NCBI GenBank assembly: GCA_964016885.1
Contig: OZ024743.1
Coordinates: forward strand, 268,832,001 to 268,896,000
Reading direction: 5' to 3'
DNA: 64,000 nucleotides
From: Eledone cirrhosa
Taxonomy: Eukaryota
Shown here one piece after another: positions 53,613 to 64,000 of the stretch. The stretch's first letter is position 1. The number at the start of each line of letters is the position of its first letter. Position numbers and translations under genes: made by a program. The notes under the pieces are model-generated. The model did no database searches, had not been told where the DNA came from, and worked only from the letters and a program-made list of their open reading frames with translations.

Positions 53613-53855
53613 GAAGGTGAAGCCACGCTTCTTATCGCCTCCAGTTTTTTTCAACAGTTTACCTCGTTTTCAACCGTTCTAATCCTTTTATTCAAGTTTT
53701 AAACTTGAGAAAAGTTTAGAAGAAGTGACCCACCTAATACAGAGGTTCACTCGTAAATAATACGGCACCCCTTTACGGGGTGTCGTATTATGTAAAAATA
53801 TTATTTGAAAACCATTTCTTTCAACATGGATAACACAAGAAAGAGGGCGAGAGAG

Positions 53856-53915
<60 letters not shown>

Positions 53916-56900
53916 TGTCAACATATCAACAAGACAGCGTTCTAGCGAAGGTAAATATAAATGAAAATATTACGAAGGAAAAGAGGAACAATATCATTTT
54001 TAATGATATTGTTACAGATTTAAAATTACCAAATATAACACGAACAACAATAACACCAACAACAACACCGTCAATAACAACAGCAACAACAAAAATAACA
54101 GCGGTAAGGTCGAGAAGGACAATAACAATGACAATAACAACAGCCACAACAACAATAATAGTAGGAACAGTATCAACAAAAAAAACAATAATAACAACAG
54201 CCACAATAACAGTAACAACAGCAACAGTATCAACGAAAACAACATCAACAACAGCAACAACAGTACCAACCAAAACATCAACAATGACATGGATACCTGT
54301 AACAGCGACCTCAGCACCACCAGTAAGACCAGTAGCGGCAGCAATAGTGGTGCCGCTGAAAAAGGGACCACTTCTTTTGCAAGTGTGACCCGAAATATGG
54401 AAACAGTGTTAGTCACAGAGGAGGAGATGGCAGTCGCAAGGGCCATGGTGACAAGAAACGCCAATAGAGTTTCCCTAAAACCTCCACCCGATTTTTTCAA
54501 GGATCAGCAGCTACGGACGGTGACTTACCGCACCGTAAGCAAAATCTCACATCAGGTGGAGAGAGCCACGGTGGCTCAAATCCAAAAGGCCTTGGGGTGC
54601 GTCTGGGCGCGCAAAACCCACATCACCCGAGGCAGAAAGTACGCCACAGTAGATGTACTTTTCGCCCCCCCCCCCCAAGAGGCGAAGTCTCACTCTTTGG
54701 AAACACTAAAGATAAGGAGATAGTCTTGGTGCCCTCCTACTGCGGACAGAAAATTGTGAGGGTCAAAGTGACCCAGGTCTCGCCCGACGTGCTCATACCT
54801 TGGCTGGCCGCGTCTGTACTGGCTGGAATCGAGGAGAAGACCACCATACTGCAAATACAGAGAATGGGAAGAGAGAACTGGTCAGGAATAGGCATGCAAA
54901 TGCTAATACAGACTGACCAGGAGTGTATCGAGGCCATCCCAGACATCATAGACCTCGAAGAAGGGCTCCAACTCCCTATAACCGTGGAAGGAAGGTGCCC
55001 AAAGTGCTAGCTCTGTGGGCAGAAGGGTCACCTCAGGGCTTTCTGCCCGCAGAAGATAGCCAAGAAGAGGGTCCCCCTCCTTCCGACGCCTGATCCGAAC
55101 TACCAACAGCAGGGCAGGCAACAGAAGCAGAAGACTCTTCCATGGTGAGTAAGAGGGCAACGTCTGTGGCACCCATACCAAGGCCACGGACAACTAAAGC
55201 AGCGGCAGCAGTGGCGACAACACCAAGAGTCGAGGTAGCCACACCGGCGGCAAAATCGCCGGAGCGGGCTCCACTACCACCACCAACAGCAGTGGAGCTC
55301 ATACCTATCCCAGACGCCACAGAATCTGACATTGAATATGAGGCAGGAAGGCAGTGGCAAACGATCTGCCACACAAAAAAAAAAAAAAAGAGAAAAAACC
55401 CCTTAGCTTCACCCTCCAAAAGTGAAGGCAGACAAAGAGGAGTAAAGGCTGCAAGGAGACTTGCAGCAACAGCACCACCATCACCATCACCGCCACAAAC
55501 ATCACCACCAACAACAACCACATCACCACCAGCATCTTCAATAACACCAACATCGCAAACACAACAAGACACACACGCCCAACACCAACAGCAAGAAAAC
55601 AGCAACAAAATCACTCCTCTCCCAAAAAAGTACACAGCCATAAACATGGCAAATAAAGAACTCATACAACATATAAAGCAGCACACAGAAAACACAGAAA
55701 AAAACTACTACACCCCACCAACATCAAGAACTCTCGTGACAAACATAAGCATCATTGAAATTAAAATAGAACAGTACAAACTTTTAAAACAAAAATTCCC
55801 CAACGCAGTTGGAGACTCCAGAGGGTCGGTTACCAAGATGATATACACTGACATCCTCTTGGAAACACCCATGACCAGCCAAAGGGACGTTTCTACTGTC
55901 CCTTCACCACATGATCAAGGTAAGTGACCCTTCTCACTTGCCCCGTTTCTCATCCAGCATGACCGTTTTCAGAATAGGAAGTATAAATGTACGTGGCCTG
56001 GGGTCATCTTGCTCACCTGCTCAACGACCACAGATCACTAAACATGGATGTGGTGGCCATCAGCGAGACCAGAATCACCGAAGCACGAGCCTTCGCACCG
56101 ATCTTCGGCGGCTACGATGTATACACATCTCCCAGCCGTGCAGGATCGGGGGAGGGTGGCAGTGCTTTTTCGGAGAGGCTTGGATCTCGCCATACGGGCC
56201 ATTTTCCTGGACCCAGAAGGTAAGTCGGTGGTGCTGGACGTGACCGGCAGCGAAGGCAATGCTTTCAGGCTAGTAGCCGTCTACGCCCTCTGGGGTAGGA
56301 CGGCCAGATTTCTTCAGACGTTTAGAGACCTTTCTGGGAACGTCCCGCTCTTTAGTGTTAGTGGGCGACTGGAACGGTATCTTGGATGCACGCTGGGATT
56401 GTGTGGGGCTAGTGGATAGGGGAGGAGGGTGCTAGAGCCTCAACAACCTGCTCAGACGTTTTGAACTGTCTGACAGGTATCGACTGGATTATCCGAATGT
56501 GCCAATGTGGACATGGACAAACTCCATCGGGTCATCCAGATCGTATCTAGATAGCGTATTCCGTAGGGAAACAGATAAGGCTAGTATAGGTTGTCCACTA
56601 TTTAAAGTAGTCGACTACACGGACCACAAATTTGTGATCTGTGAAGTTGACTTAGATAGACTCCATAGGCAAGAGGCCGGCTACTGGAAGCTGAACGCGT
56701 CGTTCCCGGCGCATAAAGCTTACAGAGACCGGATTAGCGAATTAGTTAAGCGTGCGTTGACGGGGGCGATCGTCAACAACAGGTGGTGGTTTACCCTGAA
56801 AAGGGCTATTAGAGTAGAATCGATAAGGTTTAGCAAAGGACTAATGATAGAGGAAAATAGAGTAGAGGGAGAGCTAGTCAGAAAGCTAGAAGAGACGTTT

Positions 56901-59670
56901 AAGACAAGCATTGCAACCGACGTGATTGCGGTGAGACTAACACTCGAACAATTCTTCAACGCAAAACACGAAGGCTGCGTTGCCAGAGCTAGAGCGCGTG
57001 CTCTGAAACACGATGGGACGAAAGCTGTCCAATGGGCCCGGGTGGCAGAGGCGCGACGTGGCAACAAAGCCACAATTCGGTCTTTGTCTGACCAAAACGG
57101 GCGCGTGTTGCTCGAACCCGACCAGATGTGTGAAGCTTTTCAGCAGCACTTTGATGAACTGTTCGGGAGCAGCGGCGGGCCGGATCGGCGTATGGACTTC
57201 AGTGCATACCTCGACGGACTGCTTCGGCTCTCGACGACCGCAGCACAGTGTTAGGAAAAGCCAATAACAGCCGGTGAAATACGGGAAGCGATGGCAAACT
57301 GCACGAGGGGTAAATCGCCAGGTTTGGATGGTCTGCCCTACGAGCTTTATGCATTTATGCCAGACTTGTTGGGTGACCTCTTGGCAGACGTCTACTGCAA
57401 CTGGCAGCAGAATGGGAGCATTCCCAGTTTTGTGAGCCGGGGAGCGGTGGCACTGCTGAGAAAAGACCCGAACAAGGGAGATGTTATCGATAATTTCAGG
57501 CCCCTAACTCTGCTAAACGCGGAGTTCAAGAGTTTGGCCAAGGTGTTAGCAACGAGGTTGGCGCTTGTCGTCGGTGATGTGGTGGGAAAGGCGCAGACAT
57601 GCGCGATTCCGGACAGATCCATACACAACAACCTCCACCTCATGCGATTTATCGTAGAGAGGGTTTGTTAAGGAACCTGGAACGAGTGGGGCCCTGATCA
57701 ACTTGGATCAATTCAAAGCATTCGATAGGGTCGACCATCGCTACCTGGCGGCGGTCCTCGAGGCAGCCGGTTTCATGCCCGTTTTCAGGGGTTGGATCGC
57801 TGCGATGTACAGCGACATCTGCTCGGTTGTGAGAGTGAACGGTCTCCTGTCGCAACCGTTCAGCAACATGCGCTCGGTCCGCCAGGGTTGTCTCCTCTCG
57901 TCCCCCTTGTACGTATTGGTTCACGAGCCGTTTCTCTACAAACTGGAGCGATGAGGGGCGTCCCACGCGAACTAGGATGCGGGAAATCCGAGTCGACTTA
58001 TGCCGACGACGTCACCGTGGTGGTGTCGACCACCAGACACGGCCAGATTCTCGGCACCGCTCTCAAGGAATACGAAGCGGTGACAAGAGTAAAGATAAAC
58101 CAGGAAAAGTCGGTCGGCTTGCAGCTCGGCACCTGGAGAGGCAAGACCATGCCATCCGACGGCGTCCTGGGGCGTTGGACGGACGGACCGGTTAAATTGC
58201 TCGGGGTCTGGTTCGGACCGGACCTCCCGATGGAGAAACACTGGAGCGAGGTGACGAGCAGGGTGGTCTTCCTCACTCAGAAATGGGCCGAGAGGAAGCT
58301 GTCCCCGAAAGGCCGGGGGGTGGGGGCGGGGTGGCGAATGCGTACATCGCACCCGTCATCTGCTACCGCCCCACCGTCGTCCCTTGCCCCGGCCCAACTC
58401 TCACCAAAATGGAGCGCCTCCTCTTCCGCTTTTTGTGTAAGGGACGCGCCCCATGGTCAGCCGATCCATCTGCTGTCAACACCCGTTGCGTGGAGAACTG
58501 GGCATGCCATGGCTGATGATGCGCAAACATGCGCTGAGGCTGCGACATCTCTGGTGCTTCCTTGACGGTGAACAGGTGTGGTCGCCGTTCGCCAGGCACG
58601 TTTTCCCACAGCTCGTCTCCTTGACGGAGCTGCAGTTCTGGGTTAGGAGAAGACCGAGGGATAGCGCTTGGAAACTGGAATGTCTCCAGGCGCTCACCGC
58701 CCTCTGCCAGCTGGACACCAGTATCGGTGGAACATCCACCTCGGCGTTCTATAGAGGATTAGTGGAGGGGAAGAGCAACAACTTTCTCGGAGAGATCTTG
58801 AACGTCGAAGAAGATCAGTTGTTTGATCTCTTCCGGAGAACTTTCAGCCCAGGGCCTATGGACAACTTCCAGAAATCCCTGGCCTGGCAGTGCTACCGAG
58901 GAGCGTTGCCGGTTCCAGATAAGCTCTACAGGAACGGAAGTGCCGTCAGCCGAGCCTGTCCGAGATGCGCGCTGAGTGACGAAACCGTCGTGCACGCACT
59001 CGTTCAGTGCTCGAGCATTGCTGACTTGTGGAGCTATGTCGAACAACTGTTGTCGCGTGTTTGACTGATCCGGTTGTCGACTGAGTCCATTGTGCTGATA
59101 GTCTCGCCGTCTCCCGTCGAGGAAGAAGGACAGGCGGTTTTCATCTGCCTGGTGGCAATGGCAAAAGAGATTGTGAGGTGGACAAGGTTGAAAGGGTTAA
59201 AGACAGACACTTTCCTCTTCGGCGAATCCCTGATTAACTTTTTCAAGTTTCACTTGAAGAGGAAAATCAGGGTGGAGAGGCAAGTGCTGCCTTCTAGCAA
59301 GTTTGTTGAAGGGTGGGTGAATGTAGCGAGAATGGTCCGAGTGAACGGGACCGCTCTGAATATACGCTTGTAGTTTGAGAAATGGAAACATTGAGAGTTG
59401 GCGCCTGCCCTGGTGGTCAGGGTGGCCGTGGTCTTTTGTGTGGTTTTCGCCACGAGTAACCCTCTGAGGTTTCCCCTCTAATGGGGAATTTTTCATTGTT
59501 TGAATTTTCATTTTTATTGTTTATATATATATATGTTTCTATGTCTTTTTTCTTTTTCTTTTCTTATATAATAAAAATCTTTACACGCACAAAACCCACA
59601 TCGTACTGTCCTGTACCGTCCTCTGCCGTCTGTAATGTTTTTCTTGATGCCCTTGTGGCCAATAAAGAAA

Positions 59671-59672
<2 letters not shown>
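53613..59672 (+). mobile_element. Tx1-like retrotransposon copy 3, inactivated (5' boundary approximate)
   Basis: ORF1 ~53826-55927 (C*LCGQKGHLRAFC), ORF2 55959-59373 with TYADD at ~58000 and many stops and frameshifts; AATAAA at 59661 then (ATT)n; by eye closer to copy 2 than to copy 1. Confidence 0.92.
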
Positions 59673-59705
<33 letters not shown>

Positions 59706-59804
59706 TTCACCCTCATCATCATATTCTCTGTCTTCTTTTTCAGGCAACATTTCTGCACCTGACAGGCATTTCTAATGAAGTAATATGTCCTTGTAAGTTA
59801 AAAA

Positions 59805-59867
<63 letters not shown>

Positions 59868-59898
59868 ACACACACACACACACACGCACACGCACACA

Positions 59899-59982
<84 letters not shown>

Positions 59983-60327
59983 ACGATGCAGACACATTAC
60001 ATACACGCACATACATACACACATATATACACATATACACACACGTGTAACAAAATAGAAAAGGTAAAAAAAAAGGTAAATAAAAATGAAAGAAAGAAAG
60101 ATAAAATCCAGAATGAAGGAAGAAAAGAAGGAAGTAAAGAAGGAAGATGATATTGAATGCGAAACAACGGGTGATATTCCTTCCTTATTCTATTATTCTG
60201 GAATAAAGGAACAAATAAGTATACAAGTATTCATTTATACATACATACACAGAAATGTGAGAGGTGAGAGGGATAATAGGAGAGAGAGAAAAGTAATGGC
60301 CTCGAAATATGTATGTATGTATGTATG

Positions 60328-60660
60328 TTCTTCTGGTTTTATAATTTCACAAAGTTTTACTAATAGAGAGAGAGTCGGTTTCTAACATAGACACAAGACT
60401 CTCTCTCTATTAGTAAAACTTTGTGAAATTATAAAACCAGAAGAGAGTCGGTTTCTAACATAGACACAAGACTCTCTCATTGGAATTTATACAAGATATC
60501 CCCATTGGCTTGTTTCCATATTTGTTGGTTATTCCAGTTTGTTTTAAGTAATAGTTTGTGAATGGACCCAGTCATTCTTTGTTTTAAAAAGGGTAGAGCT
60601 GTGTAGTTTGGGGAAGAATTCAGTTTCCCGTTGCCCTTCGAGTATTTTCACGAGATACTA
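60328..60660 (-). mobile_element. Short derivative of the R4/Dong-type element with an inverted duplication of its 3' end, flanked by (TATG)n
   Basis: TTCTTCTGGTTTTATAATTTCACAAAGTTTTAC matches 61349 onward; 60329-60375 is inverted at 60398-60443. Confidence 0.7.
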
Positions 60661-60917
60661 TACATGTATGTATGTATGTATGTATGTATGTATGTATGTA
60701 TGTATGTATGTATGTATGATGTCAGGTCACCAGTTGGTGCTACTGGTAACATGTATCCCAGTACAACCTGTCTCATGGTCGGGTCGTTGGCGACTAAACT
60801 GGCAACCCCACAAAGGTTTCTTAGTGAGGAGGGTGACTTTGGACATCCTGCAGGACTAAAAACAAAACCTGTCAAAGGGCAAAGGAGCTCTTAAGAGTCA
60901 ATGGCCATCCAAAATCA

Positions 60918-63900
60918 CCGGGAGAGATGACCCCTTAGCCTTTGTAAAGGCAGAATTCTAGGAGAAGGAAAACTCTGATATAACACCTGCAACCCTGACG
61001 GTATCCAATGATGTTGACTTGTTCTTTTTGGTAAATATCATCTTGGTTAAGAGAGTGGGACTGGCTTTGTGCAGTGCCTTTGCTCACTATAAAAGCTTCA
61101 CGGTACAGGCATTGCTTTATATCTGGAGATCTTTCTGCACTTGTCGTCACATGGAACCATGGCCCCAGCACTATGTGTCAATAATTGTCACAAGTGTAGT
61201 GTTTGTACCAGAGTTTTCAAGTCGCTGGCTGGACTAAAATGTGACACTCGTTCAGCGCATCGGTAGGAGTTCTCCTACATGGATATAAAGTAGTGGCCGT
61301 ACTCGAAAACGAGTTGGCAGCCACCATGTATGTATGTATGTATGTATGTTCTTCTGGTTTTATAATTTCACAAAGTTTTACCAATAGAGGGGGAGTCGGT
61401 TTCTAACATAGACACAAGATTCTCTCATTGGAATTTACACACCATCAACTACGTAGATATGTATGCATGTGTAGATATGGATATTATTGTATGTGTGGAT
61501 GTGTATGCTTTGAGTTGTATGTGTGCATGTGTATATGCTTTGCATCTGTACATTTTATATGCAGTTATTAGATGCAAAATTTTTTGGAATGTTTTACATA
61601 TTTTTACTGTTCCATTAATGGATTGTACTTGTAATTTCCTAACTAGTTGGGTTCTTTCTGTTCGTGTGAAGCCTAGCTTCTCAAGATTTGTATTGGAGCA
61701 GTTACTAACATACCCCAGTGCCCCAATAATCACAGGCATAAATCTGAAGGTGTAATCAGGGTGGAGTATCTGCAGATTTCTCATCAGTTCTGCATAAATA
61801 TTCTCCTTTTCGCTAATCTTTGATATTATATTGGCATATGCTGGGCACCTAATTTCCACTACTGTGCATGTTTTCTTCTCCCTGTCCCATATCATATTTG
61901 GTCTGTTATGCCTGCATTTTATTGGGGTTTTTACTGGAACATTCCACCAGTACTCTTTCATATTATGTACATGGATGTCTTCCACATTGCTGTAGCTTTT
62001 AATGTGTTTATTATCGGGGCTATCTTTTTTACGAACTGCATTGTATAGTGTTTTGGCCACTACATCATGCCTCATAGGTAGATAGTACCGCGATGACATC
62101 TTTGGACAGCTGCTGATGACATGGGTGATATCCTCGATGTTAGTTCTGCAGAGTCTGCACTTGTTATCACATCTAGGTGTTTTGCCTGCATCCCTATCTC
62201 TTTTGTGAATCAGGTATTTCGTGCTAATCTCCTGTTCTTGGATTGCACTAGCGTATCCTTCAAAGTGGGAGCCAATATAGCGGTTGTTGGTCCAAGATAG
62301 ACTACTTTCCTTATCTATATTACTCTCACTCTGGATGTATGTATGTATGTATGTATGTATGTATGTATGTATGTATGTATGTATGTTGACTTGTTATTCT
62401 TTTTGGTAAATATCATCTTGGTTAAGAGAGCGGGACTGGCTTTGTGCAGTGCCTTTGCTCACTATAAAAGCTTCACGGCGCAGGCATTGTTTTATATCTG
62501 GAGATCTCTCTGCACTTGTCGTTACATGGTACCATGGGCCCAGCACTATGTGTCAATAATTGTCACAAGTGTAGTGTTTGTACCAGAGTTTTCAAGTCGC
62601 TGGCTGGACTAAAAAGTCACACTCGTTCAGCGCATCGGTAGGGGTTCTCCTACATGGATATAAAGTAGTGGCCGTACTCGAAAACGAGTTGGCAGCCACC
62701 ATGTATATATATATATATGTGTATGTATGTATATATATATCCGGGAGAGATGACCCCTTAGCCTTTGTAAAAGCAGAATTCTAGGAGAAGGAAAACTCTG
62801 ATATAACACCTGCAACCCTGGTGGTATCCAATGATGTTGACTGGTTCTTCTTTTTGGTAAATATCATCTTGGTTAAGAGAGTGGGACTGGCTTTGTGCAG
62901 TGCCTTTGCTCACTATAAAAGCTTCACGGCGCAGGCATTGCTTTATATTTGGAGATCTCTCTGCACTTGTCGTTACATGGTACCATGGGCCCAGCACTAT
63001 GTGTCAATAATTGTCACAAGTGTAGTGTTTGTACCAGAGTTTTCAAGTCGCTGGCTGGACAAAAAAGTCACACTCGTTCAGCGCATCGGTAGGGGTTCTC
63101 CTACATGGATATAAAGTAGTGGCCGTACTCGAAAACGAGTTGGCAGCCACCATGTATATATATATATATGTGTATGTATGTATGTATATATATATCCGGG
63201 AGAGATGACCCCTTAGCCTTTGTAAAAGCAGAATTCTAGGAGAAGGAAAACTCTGATATAACACCTGCAACCCTGGTGGTATCCAATGATGTTGACTGGT
63301 TCTTCTTTTTGGTAAATATCATCTTGGTTAAGAGAGTGGGACTGGCTTTGTGCAGTGCCTTTGCTCACTATAAAAGCTTCACGGCGCAGGCATTGCTTTA
63401 TATTTGGAGATCTCTCTGCACTTGTCGTTACATGGTACCATGGGCCCAGCACTATGTGTCAATAATTGTCACAAGTGTAGTGTTTGTACCAGAGTTTTCA
63501 AGTCGCTGGCTGGACAAAAAAGTCACACTCGTTCAGCGCATCGGTAGGGGTTCTCCTACATGGATATAAAGTAGTGGCCGTACTCGAAAACGAGTTGGCA
63601 GCCACCATGTATATATATATATATATATGTGTATGTATGTATGTATATATATATCCGGGAGAGATGACCCCTTAGCCTTTGTAAAACCAGAATTCTAGGA
63701 GAAGGAAAACTCTGATATAACACCTGCAACCCTGGTGGTATCCAATGATGTTGACTGGTTCTTCTTTTTGGTAAATATCATCTTGGTTAAGAGAGTGGGA
63801 CTGGCTTTGTGCAGTGCCTTTGCTCACTATAAAAGCTTCACGGCACAGGCATTGCTTTATATCTGGAGATCTCTCTGCACTTGTCGTCACATGGTGCCAT

Positions 63901-64000
63901 GGGCCCAGCACTATGTGTCAATAATTGTCACAGGTGTAGTGTTTGTACCAGAATTTTCAAGTCACTGGCTGGACTAAAAAGTCACACTCGTTCAGCACAT
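60918..64000. repeat. 455-459-bp tandem array with microsatellite linkers, interrupted by an R4/Dong insertion; runs off the window
   Basis: CCGGGAGAGATGACCCCTTAGCC starts units at 60918, 62741, 63196 and 63655; partial unit from 62385. Confidence 0.95.
61349..62334 (-). mobile_element. 5'-truncated R4/Dong-type (restriction-like endonuclease) non-LTR retrotransposon
   Basis: AIQEQEISTKY...CRLCRTNIEDITHVISSC (CCHC), RHDVVAK, HNRPN(D)...VVEIRCP, PVIIGALG; (TATG)n on both flanks. Confidence 0.88.

Noticed and set aside
62610-62700. Hammerhead or HDV fold in the 455-bp unit (CTGAACGA; GGTGGCT/GGCCACT helix)
   Set aside because: Core spacing is wrong, and there is no stem II-GAAA or HDV pseudoknot order.

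Overview
Eukaryotic, AT-rich, microsatellite-saturated DNA with no intact host protein-coding exon that I can support. The repeat repertoire suggests a cephalopod (octopus-like) genome; this is an inference. Most listed ORFs are translations of simple repeats. Real content: (1) three near-full-length, decayed Tx1/L1-clade LINEs (29.4-35.3 kb +, 36.8-42.3 kb -, 53.6-59.7 kb +) at (ATT)n tracts, plus two older fragments; (2) many tRNA-headed SINEs whose last ~25 nt resemble the Tx1 3' end and which stack head-to-tail at (ATT)n; (3) about 16 type I hammerhead ribozyme motifs (13 in the first 10.5 kb, 3 at 46-48 kb) in small non-coding modules between (TA)n tracts, often as fold-backs or partial tandems, near Penelope RT and GIY-YIG fragments; (4) a decayed RTE LINE, R4/Dong-type pieces at (TATG)n, mariner MITEs, minisatellites, a 455-bp tandem array and a 200-N gap. 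The best leads are the retrozyme-like hammerhead modules and the apparent microsatellite-targeted Tx1/SINE partnership. All structures were folded by eye and no database search was run.
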